Part shown: positions 40,545 to 51,960 of the stretch, in pieces
Layout: every line of letters begins with the position of its first letter
Numbering within the stretch: position 1 is the stretch's first letter
Assembly (NCBI RefSeq): GCF_009914755.1
Contig: NC_060936.1
Length of the DNA stretch: 64,000 bases
Source: the human T2T-CHM13v2.0 reference genome, Homo sapiens
Direction: 5' to 3' (one strand)
Translations under genes and position numbers: made by a program
The notes under the pieces: generated by a model
What the model saw: only the letters and a program-made list of their open reading frames with translations
The model's database searches: none
What the model was told of the DNA's origin: nothing

Positions 40545-41650
40545 CACCCCACCACCATCCCACCATTACCATCACTGCTAACACCCCTACAACCACCACC
40601 TCTACCATCACCAACTCCACTGCTACCTCCACCATCATCATCTCCATCATCTCCCCCAATTCCCTCACCTGCATTACCTCTGCCATCACTAATAACAACT
40701 CTATTGCTACCTCCATCATCATCTCCATCACCTTCACCAATTCCATCATCTCCATCACCTCTATCACCACCAACAATACCACTGCTACCTCGATTATCAT
40801 CACCTCCATCACCTCCACCACCACTTCCTTCACCTCTGCCATCACTAACAAGAGCATTGCTATCTCCAACATCATCACCTCCATAATCTCCATCACCACC
40901 TCCATCACTTCTGCCATCTCCAGTATCACCTCCATTACCTCTACCATCACTAGCAATACCACTGCTACCACCATCATCATCTCCATCACCTCCACCACAA
41001 TCACTTCCATCACTTATCACCAACTCCACTGCTACCTTCATCATCATCACCTCCATTACCTCCATCATCTCCATCATCATCACTTTCATCACTTCCACAA
41101 TCTCCAACATCACCTCTATCACCTCTACCATCACCACCAATACCACTGATACCTCCATCATCATCAGCTCCATCACCTCCACCATCATCACCTCCATCAC
41201 CTCCACCAACTCCAACACCACTTTCATCACTTCTACCATCGCCAATAACAACTCCACTGCTACCTCCACCATCATCACCTCTATCACCTTCACCATCATC
41301 ACCTCCACCACCTCTGCCAACTCCAACATTACCTCCATCACCTCTACTATTACCCATAAAAACTCCATTGCTACCTCCAGCATCATTACCTTCATTATCT
41401 CCATCGTTATCACCTCCATCACTTCTGCCATTACCTCCACCATCATCACCTTTATTACCTCCACCATCATCATTTCCATCACCTCCAACATAATTTTTAC
41501 TACCTCTATCATCGCCACCATTCCTACCATAACTACATATCTCCAACATCACCACCAATACCACTGTCATCACCTCCAGCAACCCTCTTCACCACCATGA
41601 ACTTTGCTACAACCACCATCATTGCCATCACCAACATCATCACTAATACC
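40545..41650. repeat. 1.1-kb degenerate (CAT/CAC)n-derived minisatellite
   Basis: Continuous catcacctccac-type triplets with a recurring TGCTACCTCC anchor. Confidence 0.95.
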
Positions 41651-41689
41651 TACATATGTTCTATAAGAACCTGCATATGTTCTATAAGA
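41648..41689. repeat. 21-bp tandem duplication
   Basis: acctacatatgttctataaga acctgcatatgttctataaga. Confidence 0.9.
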
Positions 41690-41759
41690 GCCTTGGCAAC
41701 AGCATCTCTCTCAGTTCTTCTGCTTCTTTTCTTTGGTTTCCTTTCCATAGTGTATCCAT

Positions 41760-41990
41760 TACAATGTAAAATTACTAAAAAATATACCAGCTTAAAGTAG
41801 CGCCCATGCGTTTATCTCACAGTTATTAGGTCAGAAGCCTGGGTGGATCATGATTTAGTTAGGTCACCTGCTTTTTTCCCTCTCAAAGGTCAAAATTAGC
41901 TGAGTCATGCTCCTTTCTGGAGGCTCTGGGGGACAGTCTTCCTCCAAGCCCATCTATGTTGTTGGCTGAATTCAGTTCTTTGCAGGTACT
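41760..41990 (-). mobile_element. MLT1D/E fragment
   Basis: tttatctcacagtt...ggtcagaag...ctggaggctctggggg...gttggctgaattcagttctttgcag. Confidence 0.7.
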
Positions 41991-43139
41991 GGGAATGTTA
42001 TTTTGCAAAGCATTAAAAGGAATCAGATCCTGCTGACAGAATTCTATCCATGCTGCAACCCCCGCCCTGACCAAGTGCTTATAGAATAACAATTCTGATA
42101 TTTAAAAAAAAAAGACGGAGCATCATCAACTGCTAGTCACCCTCTCTTCTAAGTGGCTTGCATCTTCTAAATAATGTAATACACAGTCCCGGCTTATTAT
42201 TGGCCCGATTTTACAGAAGAGAGAACTGAAGAAGCCCCAAGTTGCACAGCTGGCTGGTGAGTGATGGAGGCGGGACTTAACCCACATCTTCAGGCTCTCA
42301 AGCCCACCTTCTCAGACCCCTCATTCAGCATCCCTTATCCTCTGGGATCTTTGTGCTGAGGGTTAGACTACCCATGCTTCCAGGTACCCTCCACAGAGAC
42401 CCTGAGATCAGGTACCAAGATTAGCCCTATTTAGAGACAGGGAACTAAGGCTCAGAATACCAAGTCACTTGCCCACAATCATCCCGCAGCAATTACAATG
42501 TTAGGATTCCACTTCAGGGCACATGCTCTGCACCAGGGCACATGAAACACAGGCCCTCCCTGCAGCAATTGGCACAAAAGCTGGTTCCTTTTCATGGAAA
42601 GCAGAGTGGCATCCCCAAAACTTAATCAAAGCTCCTCAGGAATGTGGGGATCTCTAACAAACATGTTGGGAAAGCTGACATGAGGCAATGGAAACACAAA
42701 CCCCTGCTGCCTGTTGTTTCCCTTCACCTAACATCCTTCCTTCCTGCAGCCCTCAGCCTGTGTGGGCTTCATCTTCCTTTGCTCTGTCTCCAAGGCCTCT
42801 GAGATCTAAGGACACTCTCATGCATGACCATACAGCGTGGCAGGTAGAACTGAATTGGCTTGCGATTGGACAGTCACTCTCCTGATCCTTTCCCTAAGTC
42901 ATGGGCCGGGATGAGAGCACTGGGTACCATTCAGAATTTATGGCAATGTCAGGGTCCTCTTCAAAAAGTAACGTTTAAAAACATACCTTTAAGGCAGCCA
43001 ACCACTAACGTTTTTCAACGCCTGGGTGAACAGTGGTCTGTTATGTTGCAAGCAGACTTCTTTTTCCTTGAAAGGATATGCCATTAGAATCCACCCAAGG
43101 TCTCATCCTGGCCCGCACAGATCACTCAGTGAAGGAAAT

Positions 43140-43584
43140 CATATTAGTTTCCCATTGCTACTGTAACAAATCAACACAGACTCAGCAGCTTAGAGAAACA
43201 TAGATTTATTATCTTATAGTTCTGGAGGTCAGAAGCCTAAAACCAAGGTGCTGCAGGGCTGCACTCCTTCTGTAGATGATATGAAAGAAATTCTGTTTTC
43301 TTGCCTTTTCCAACTCCTAGAGACCACTGGCATTCCTTGTTTCGTGTTCTCTCATCATTGTGACCTCTATTGCCACCATCGTATCTCTTCTCTAACACTA
43401 ACCCTCCTGCTTCCCTCTTATAAGAAGCCTAGTGATTGTGTTGGTTCCACCTGGACGGTCCAGGATACTCTCCAGTTTAAGATCCTTAATTTAATGACAC
43501 CTGTAAAGTCTCTTTTGCCACCTAAGGTAACACATTCACATCAGGAAATGGACATCTGTGAGGGACGGTATTTTGATCACTACA
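43140..43584 (-). mobile_element. MLT1C-type LTR
   Basis: tattagtttcccattgctactgtaacaaa...gttctggaggtcagaag...aagtctcttttgccacctaaggtaaca. Confidence 0.85.
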
Positions 43585-44014
43585 GGTCTGGAAGTGGCAG
43601 ATATTTGGGAAATTTTCCTACAATGAAGATTATGTCCCAGGATGGGATGAAGAATGCTAGGAGCACTAGGAATCTTTCTCTGGCCACCACGCCTACGGGA
43701 TCAGGCCAAATGGAGATGCTGAGTGATTTTTTATACCACCTCAAGATCAAATGTTTGTTGTAGGGCCAAAGCATTGGCCCAAGACATAAAATGAACAAAC
43801 AATAAGCATGAGTATGTAATGCCTTATTTACTGCTTTTCTCTGACTCCTTTCTGTGTATGGGATACAGTCCAAAGGAGCTATAAATGTGTGGCCCAGTGG
43901 ACATGTTTTGTTTTGCCAACCCAATGTTCATCTCCAACAAGCATAGGTGAGCAATGGTTGACCACAATCCTCACCACTCTCTAGCATTACCCCACCCATA
44001 AGACATTTTCATGA

Positions 44015-44746
44015 TGAAACTGCCTTTGCAAAATTATAACTGAGGAAATGATGACTGTAAAAGAGATCAGATCTAACCGACTCCATCTTGCTTCTAACCT
44101 TTAAGCTGTCCTTGTTCATTCCTGGGCATAGGCTGAACTAACTTTGGGAAGGAATTCAGTTCATGGTTTGATTCTGATGCAAAATTGATAACATCCCTTT
44201 CCTGAAAAGACCCCTTTTTGCCTGGGGACCAGGCTGCCTTTGCAGGACTAACAAATTAGCTGTAAGATTAGAAATTACAGTTTAGGGGTCTGTAGGAGCC
44301 TCTGGCTCCAAGAGTCTGAACCTCCCCAAAGTGCTCCTGGGGGTAACATCACTATTGTAAAACCTAAGATCAGTGGCTGAGATATTTTGCGGGCCCTGTG
44401 CTCGATCCATCAGCTGACACCACCCAGGCCAGTAATCTGGCTCAACCAGTTCTATGATAACACCCACGAACAGAAGACAGCAAGGAAACCTCACTCTGTC
44501 CCCCTATGATTCCATCTCCAACCTGACCAATCAGCACTCCCCACTTTCCAAGCCCCTACCCACCAAATTATCTTTAAAAACTTTGATCCCTGAATGCTTG
44601 GGGAGACTGATTTGAGTAACAATAAAACTCCGGTCTCTCTCACAGCTGGCTGTCCGTGAATTACTCTTTCTCCATTGAAATTCCCTTGTCTTGATAAATC
44701 CGTTCTGTCTAGGCAGCTGGCAAGGTGAACCCATTGAATGGTTACA
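44015..44746 (+). mobile_element. LTR8 (LTR8A-like) full-length solo LTR (ERV1)
   Basis: tgaaactgcctttgcaaaattataactgag...gactccatcttgcttctaacc...gaacccattgaatggttaca; TSD atga / ataa. Confidence 0.88.
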
Positions 44747-44859
44747 ATAATACCAGCTGAGTCTCTGACGTCATTGATTTGACAAACCCAGGTCTATCCT
44801 CTGGATGCAATTCCCCAGCATCACCTCCTGTCTTTCCCCCTCATCCCTTTTCCCAGGGC

Positions 44860-45310
44860 TTCATCCACATGAACTACCTCACTATTTTCAACATAACCTT
44901 TCCTTTCACGACTCATTCCCCTTTCTCCTTTCTCCATGTATTAAACTTCTCTGCATTCAACATGGCCCAATGCAAATGTCATTTCCCAAGAGAAAGTTCC
45001 CCTGACTCTCCTGAATGCAGTGGCTTTCCTCTTCTTGGTGTTACCACCTCCCACCTCTGCTACCACCATCATCATCTCCATCACCACCTGTTGGCACAGC
45101 TGGGACCCCAGGCTTTTCACACAGTGGGGCAATTTGCTGGGCTTATATTTATCTGCACTCTGAGCTGCTGGAGACAAGGACCTCGTATCTTGTGGATTGT
45201 AATTTGCTGGAGTGGAGGACGGACTCAGAAACTGACTCCCAGAAAGAGGAGGGGACGAAACCAAAGACACACAGTTGAGCATGCTGTGATGACGAGTGAA
45301 TGAATGAAAG
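44860..45310 (+). mobile_element. L2 3' end fragment
   Basis: caaatgtcatttcccaagagaaagttcccctgac...ends in gtgaatgaatgaa. Confidence 0.55.
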
Positions 45311-46184
45311 AAAGAAAGAATAAAATTAAGAAAGAGAGAGGGAGTGAGAGAAGGAGAGGAAAATAAAAAGAGAGGAACAAAGATTAGATTAGTAGATGAA
45401 ATAGAGGTAGAGAGAGAACGTCCTAGAAATGAGACAGATATTCAGACAAAGTCATCAAAACACTTTCTTTTAACTTTAAATCTAATCAGATGAATTGGAC
45501 TTCAGAAAAAAAAGAGAAACTTCAATTGCACCATTCCAGCAGCACACATACTGAGCAGTAGCATCAGAAGGCCTGTTAAACATCAAATGAGCCATCTAAC
45601 CCAATCCAGGAGCCATGATCATTCTGCTCCAAAAGCATTTCTTCAGTGGTCACTCCCAAGGTCTGGGTTCTGTCGATGGAGCAAGACATAAAAAGAAGTC
45701 AAACATGAAATGCCCAGCATGGGTAAGAAAGCGTCTGAAGTATTTCTAAAATAAAGGAAATGCTAATGGACCTTTTGACTGGTGACAATCGACGCCTCTC
45801 CATTTGTCTTCTGGGCTGCTGGAAAGGGGATTTCACTTTAAGCCATCTTCCTGACGGCTTTTGCCCTCATCCATCTGCAGAGATATTAAAGTCACAGTTA
45901 GGCTGAATTTCTAAAGGCCAGGATGTGAATTTGATTTAATAGTGTGACACCAACCAAGAAAACAAGGCCGTAAAAATAAAGGCAGACGCCGCTCCCCTAA
46001 CTTATGTCACTGGAGGGATGAGAATAAATGGATGAGAAAAGAAGAAGGAGCAATTAGGAAAATATCAGCCAAGCTTGGTCTTCGTAGTTGTCTGCAACTT
46101 ATTTGGAGCTGCTCATAAAGGTTTGAGTGAATGCTTTTCAAACTTCAGGTGACAACCCTTCCTTTCACCTGCAGGAAAACAAGA

Positions 46185-46420
46185 GTAAGGTTTAAGCATC
46201 AGTGCCTAGCCCTGTTTGAAGCACTTACCATTTTCATTCTCAGAAAAACACCTATGGATATGTTATTTAATCATCATTCCTTCTTCATGCATGAGAAATG
46301 TAGGCATAGAGAAGGTAAATAAATCTACCTAAGGCCAAACAGCCAAGAAAAAGTGGTCTAAGGCTTTATACCTGGCTGTCTAGTTCCAGAGACGATGCTC
46401 ATTCATTTTCACAGTGCTGC
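46185..46420 (-). mobile_element. MIR
   Basis: atgagaaatgtaggcatagagaaggtaaataaatctacctaaggccaaacagc. Confidence 0.65.
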
Positions 46421-47236
46421 CTTGTGAGTGGCTGCTCATTCAGCACAACCCTTCTATGGAATTGGCAGCTTTGGGGGTGGGTTCCTGAATGCTCAGAAGT
46501 ACACAGAACTGTTAACATGATCGTCCCTCCATACAATCCAGTATGTTTGGTTAAACATAGACAATTGAGTGCACAAGCTTACCTTAACTCCTTTCTGAAA
46601 TCCCCAGACACGACAGCTGTAAAAGAATTGCAAAGGGGTGGGCGGAGCAGGAATAAAAGGACCAAGCAAATGGGAAAAGGGAGATGCAGGCAATGATAAT
46701 GGGGGAATTGGATACTGGCTGGCATGGTAGCTGACTTAGCAAGCCGGAGAAAGCTGAAACCAAGCCTGGGCTGGAAGCTCCAACAGGCAACCGCATTCCA
46801 CCCTCAAGTCGTTGCAGGAATCGACACTGAAGGCATGTAGCATGCCTCCGAGAGTGAGGCAATGAGTGGAGCAGGAAATGGGGGCGTTCCCTAAAAGCTT
46901 AGACCCTTCCAAAATCTCTCCCTCTTGAATGTGGTGCCAGACAATATCCCTTCTTGCTGCCCCATAGAAGACTGGAGCTTGCTCTATGGGAAGGAAAAGC
47001 CAGAGGGATCCTAGACTCAGACTCTAGGCCTGGTCAAGGGAGAAGAAATAGAGATTGTGTGCAAGTCCACTGACAGAATGGTGAGTCTCTCCCAGAACCC
47101 TGATGCCCAAAGCTCTCCCGGGCAGTCAGTCTTCCTGCACAGCAGCCTGCTGCAGGCTGGGGAGTCAAGGATGCCTCTCTGAGCAGACTTAAGCCTGGAG
47201 AAATGAACACGCATGGATAGGTGTGCAGGCCATGAC

Positions 47237-47457
47237 AACCCAGGCAGATGACACTTCATGAAGCCTCACAGAGGTCAAGCAGCGTCCAGGCCTCCAGAGC
47301 TACTGGTCAGAACCCAGGCAGATGACACTTCATGAAGCCTCACGGAGGTCAAGAGCGTCCATGCCTCCAGAGCTTCTGGTCAGAACCCAGGCAGATCACA
47401 CTTCATGAAGCTTCGTGGAGGTCAAGCAGTGTCCACACCTCCAGAGCTTCTGGTCAG
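47237..47457. repeat. Tandem repeat, 3 copies of a 73-74 bp unit
   Basis: Units start at 47237, 47311, 47384: aacccaggcagatgacacttcatgaagcctcacagaggtcaagcagcgtccaggcctccagagctactggtcag. Confidence 0.95.
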
Positions 47458-47639
47458 CTTTCAGTGCATCCTCCTTGAATATGAATGACAGCAAGGAGTT
47501 AACAGGAAAGATGGAGATTTGAGGGAAAAAACACAAGAAAGGCATCTGAAAGAAAAGAAACCATGCAGGCATAAGAAATCTTTAAGAAAAACTCATTAAT
47601 ATTTTTATGCAAGTCTGTGAACTTGGAAAGATGATGTTC

Positions 47640-48110
47640 TTTCTGTGAAAACGAACTGCTTTATGTCCTTTTCTAAGAGGCCAGTCAGGTGCATCCAGGA
47701 GAGGAGATGGAGGAGAGGCTCAGGAAGATGAAGGTGATGGCACTCACAGGTCCTAGTGGCAGGAGGCCCAGAAGGCCACACAGAACCATGTGGGAAAGAC
47801 ACCAGGTGGTCAGGAGGCAGGAAGCAGTAGTGCTGGGAAGATACAGACAAGGCCTTTCTTGGGGCATCTGAGGGAAGGCAAGGCAGGACAGGTGAGCAGG
47901 TGAGAAGTGGCCAGCTAGAATATTCTGGAGGGCTCTAAGCTGTAGGGAAACATCCTGGTTGCCTGATATCTGGCCCTAGAATAATTAAGAGAGAACAATA
48001 TTGCCTTTGCAGGTGTATGGACCAGAGAGACGAGGGCTGGCTCTGGATTGGTTACTTTGCATATCAAGGGCATGCCCAGGGCTGGGCCCTTTGCTATCTA
48101 AAAATTGGCT
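47640..48110 (-). mobile_element. ERVL LTR (MER54/MER74-group-like)
   Basis: gggctctaagctgtaggg...ttgcctgatatctggccct...ctctggattggttactttgcatatc; subfamily uncertain. Confidence 0.55.
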
Positions 48111-48199
48111 AGCCCCTAAAAAGGCAGTGTCTTCCCACTAAGAAAGGTTTTTTTAATATGTCAAAACAGTATAATATACAGACAATTTTAAATTATATT

Positions 48200-48745
48200 T
48201 ATATTACACATTCAAAGAACAAGAAAGGCTTTCGGAAATTAAAATAAAATAGTAGCTATATAAAATTTGTAAAAAGTAGGGAAATGTTATGTTGATAAAA
48301 CCTCCCAGAGAGTAGATTAAAAAGAAAAGCAAACAAAAAAAGAAGAACAAACAAAAAACCAAGTATAAGGATGAAAGAAAAGAGATGGTTACAGACTTAG
48401 AGGATCTAGTCAGGAATTTTAATATTCAAATGAGGAGAGTTCCAAAAAGAGAGAATGCAGAAACCAGGGAGAGAAAATGATTGCATAAATAAAGAAAAAT
48501 TGGAAATATGAATCACAATTATTTCCAAATTAAAAGGTTTCATCAAGGATCTAGAATTATGAATTTTAAAAAGGTTTAAAAAATATGCACACTCAGGCAC
48601 ATTATCATGACATTTTAGAAGAACAGAGGTAAGAATAATATTTTAGAAGCTTCCAGAAAGAAAATACAAGTTGCACACCAAGGATCAGGGGTCACAGGCA
48701 TCTGACTTCCCAACAGCAGCACTGGAAGCTGAAAGGGTGATTGAG
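48200..48745 (+). mobile_element. Old L1/HAL1 ORF1-region fragment
   Basis: aggagagttccaaaaagagagaatg...aagcttccagaaagaaaa...catctgacttcccaacagcagcactggaagct. Confidence 0.65.
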
Positions 48746-48749
48746 GTCA

Positions 48750-49298
48750 TGTATGAGTCAGGGTTCTCCAGAGGAACAGACCTAATGGGATAGATGTATA
48801 CATGAAAGGGAGTTTATTAAGGAGAATTGACCCACACGATCACAAGGTAAAGTCCCACCATAGGCTGTCTGCAAGCTGAGGAGCAATGAAGCCAGTCTGA
48901 GTCCCAAAACCTCAAAAGTAGGGAAGCTGACAGTGCAGCCTTCAGTCTGTGGCCAAAGGCCCAAGAGCCCCTGGCAAATGACTGGTGTAGGTCCAAGAGT
49001 CCAAAAGCTGAAGAACTTGGAGTCTGATGTTCAAGGGTGGGAAGCATCCAGCATGGGAGAAAGATGGAGGCTGGAAGACTCAGCAAGTCTGCTCATTCTA
49101 CCTTCTTCCACCTGCTTTGTTCTAGCCGAGCTGGCAGCTGATTGGATGGTGCCCACCCACATTGAGGGTGCATCTGCCTTTCCCAGTCCACTGACTCAAA
49201 AATGAATCTCCTCTGGCAACACCCTCACAGACACACCCAAGAACGATACTTGAAATCCTCCAATCCAGTCAAGTTGGCACTTAATATTAACCATCACA
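48750..49298 (-). mobile_element. MLT2A2 solo LTR (HERV-L), copy 1
   Basis: tgtatgagtcagggttctc...attaaccatcaca; TSD ggtca / gatca. Confidence 0.92.
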
Positions 49299-49786
49299 GA
49301 TCACAATATATTAGAAAAATCGTGGTCACACAAATGATGACAAAATATCATGAGAGCTTTAGTAAAGCCATGTACCAAGGTCTAGGAGAGTGCCAGGGTC
49401 TAAACAGTTGATTCTTAACTGATCACCTGCAGATGAGAGTCTGCGTCCACCATGTACATTAATAGCTGATATTCCTATGCTGGGAAGGGTAATACCGGCT
49501 TCTGGCTGGAATCATCCCATGGTGGGTGGTTGGAGGGTGGGAGGAAGGGAGAATCCAGTGTACTTCTCCTCCTCCTCTCTGTCTGCCTCAGTAGAACTGC
49601 CAGTGTGACCACATCTCCTCCAGGACTCCAGCTACAGCAGACATCCGACATCTCTCCCTCTGTGGTCTCAGTTTCTACTGGGCAGCCCACTGTGGTTCCA
49701 GCTTCCATCAAGTGTCCTGGATCCTGGGCACTATAAACAGCCCCTCTTCCTGCCCTGGAGGACAGCAGCTTCCTGTAGCTGCTTAC

Positions 49787-50336
49787 TGTATGAGTCAGGG
49801 TTCTCTAGAGGGACAGTACTAATGGGGTAGATGTATACATGAAAGGGAGTTTATTAAGGAGAATTGACTCACACAATCAAAAGGTGAAGTCCCACAATAA
49901 GTCATCTGAAAAACTGAGGAGTAAGGAAGCTAGTCTGAGTCCCAAACCCTCAAAAGTAGGGAGGTCGACAGTGCACCCTTCAGTCTGCGCCCAAAGGCCG
50001 GAGAACCCCTGGCAAACCACTGGGGTAAGTCCAAGAGTCCAAAAGCTGAAGAATTTGGAGTATGATGTTCGAGGGCAGGAAGCATCCAAAATGGGAGAAA
50101 GATGGAGGCCAGAAGACTCAGCAAGTCTAGTCCTTCCATGTTCTTCTTTCTGCTTTTATTCTAGTTACACTCAAAGCTGATTAGATTGTGCCCCTCAGAT
50201 TGAGGGTGGGTCTGCCTCTCCCAATCCACTGACTCAAAAGTTAATTTCCTTTGGCAACACCCTCACAGACACACCCAGAAACAATACTTTGCATCCTTCA
50301 ATTTAATCAAGTTCACACTCAATATTAACCATCACA
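49787..50336 (-). mobile_element. MLT2A2 solo LTR, copy 2 (nested in an older LTR33-like element at ~49470-50480)
   Basis: Same termini as copy 1; perfect TSD cttac. Confidence 0.92.
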
Positions 50337-50489
50337 CTTACCTATTGGTTGCTTCATAATATCTGTTTGGCTTCTCAGTCTTTAAGTCACCTGCATAATC
50401 AATCTACTCTATTAAATTCTTTCTGTTTGGAGGTTGAATAGTGTCTGCTGTCTTGATTGATCCAGGCTGGAACAAGTGCCCACTAGGCT

Positions 50490-50690
50490 AAGCTTTGGCA
50501 TGCATAGCTTGTTTAATCCCCACAACCACTTTATATGATGAGGTTTAAATTTTATCAAGTTCCCTATATTATGCAGGCAGAAACTGAGGTGGAGAGGAGT
50601 TAAGTTGTTCAAAATCCTTCAGGTTTGTAGTGGCCCAGGCAGTATTAGAGCAATCTGACTCCAAGGTTTATTCTTTATCACCTGTGTACT
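50490..50690 (-). mobile_element. MIR
   Basis: tttaatccccacaaccac...gaaactgaggtggagaggagttaagt. Confidence 0.75.
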
Positions 50691-50821
50691 ATGTTGCCAA
50701 CCTAGGTGAACCTGGGACATTCTGACTCAAATCAATTGTCTATCGTTAGTATCAACAAAACACAGACTAATTACTTAGCTAATGTAATATGTGACTAGAT
50801 GGATGTTGTAGATTAGACAGA

Positions 50822-51080
50822 CCCAGGCCATGCATGTCTTAGAGTCTGAATCACACCCTGGTCACACTCTACCACTGTAAAAACAGCCCTGGAAGCAGAA
50901 ACCCAAGTTCTAGTCCTGCATTCAATGAGATGTGTGAGCCCCTGGGTGATGCAAAGTAACCATTCCCAGGCCATGTCTTAGAATCTGAGTTCCACCCTAG
51001 GATGGCACTCTGCCTGCCATGGCAACACCATGCCTGGAGGCAGAGTTCCATGTTCTAGTCTTCATTTCAACATTGATAAG
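50822..51080. repeat. Old tandem duplication, 143-bp period
   Basis: cccaggccatg(catg)tcttaga..tctga..caccct..cactct..cctgga.gcaga..gttctagtc at 50822 and 50965. Confidence 0.8.
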
Positions 51081-51114
51081 TGTCTGCTATATTTGACCTC
51101 TATATCTTGATTGG

Positions 51115-51345
51115 TCAAGTAGTATTAATAAATTGTTATTGACCTTGATATATGCCAGATATCATGCTAAAAGCTCAACATGGCTATTTATTCCCTATGG
51201 CATCTCTATAAACCAACTGCTAGCATACTCATCCATTTCACAGATGGGAAAACTGAGGCTGAGAGAAGTGACTTGATATGCCCAAAGTCTACAACCTATG
51301 CATGGCAAAGCCCAAATGTAAACCAAAGTCTTTCTGATTCCAGAA
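51115..51345 (-). mobile_element. MIR
   Basis: catttcacagatgggaaaactgaggctgagagaagtgacttg. Confidence 0.85.
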
Positions 51346-51744
51346 CTGACAGGGCTGATACTGAGCAGATGCGTGAGATACCATACGAGTTGTTTACTGC
51401 ACGTAGCCCACAGGTTAGGTTCCAGATATTCTGGTTTGCCAAAGCCTATGCCATACCAGCTAAAAATTATTTTGAATCTCATGTCTTGGAGCTGGTACAT
51501 TTAATCACTCTTTGCCATTGCTCTGAATATAATGGTGGCATATGTCATGCTTTCTAAACGCAAGGCAATTCCTAATAATCCCAGTCAAGCAGCACTTTCT
51601 TGGCACTATAAAAATGTTTGAAAAATTTTGCTAACTGGCATTCAGAAGTCTATTTATATAGCCTGCTCAATGTCACAGAGATGGCCAGAGACAGACAGTT
51701 CATATCTTTTGGTGGTCTGTTGGGTTGATATCTATCGAACGTGT

Positions 51745-51960
51745 CTTATGATCCATAGACTTTGGAAACAGACCGCCAGAGTTTGAATTCTAGCTCTCTC
51801 ACTAACTAGCTCTGTAATTTTAGGCAGGTTATTTGACCTTCTGTGCCTCAGTTTCCCATTTATATAATACAAATAAAAATCTGCCACATGGGTTGTTGCA
51901 AGGATTATGTGGATGAATAGGAGTAAAGAATATAGAACAGTCTCTGGCACCAGGTGAGTG
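51745..51960 (+). mobile_element. MIR
   Basis: ggcaggttatttgaccttctgtgcctcagtttccc. Confidence 0.85.

Noticed and set aside
40342-41582. Long ORFs of 190-330 aa on both strands (mucin-like, Met/Val/Glu-rich, Gly/Asp-rich)
   Set aside because: They arise from the stop-poor CAT/CAC repeat; several overlapping frames are open at once, there is a frameshift near 41015, and no domain or exon context.
43248-45303. 171-aa (43248-43763) and 174-aa (44779-45303) ORFs
   Set aside because: They run through MLT1C and L2 relics; chance open frames.
46830-46848. p53-like palindrome aggcatgtagcatgcct
   Set aside because: The CATG cores are 7 bp apart rather than the 10 bp needed for a canonical p53 site.
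47237-47457. CRISPR-like array
   Set aside because: Units are contiguous with no unique spacers, and the DNA is primate genomic.
48750-50336. MLT2A2 pair as the two LTRs of one deleted HERV-L provirus
   Set aside because: Each LTR has its own TSD and the spacer is not recognisable HERV-L internal sequence.
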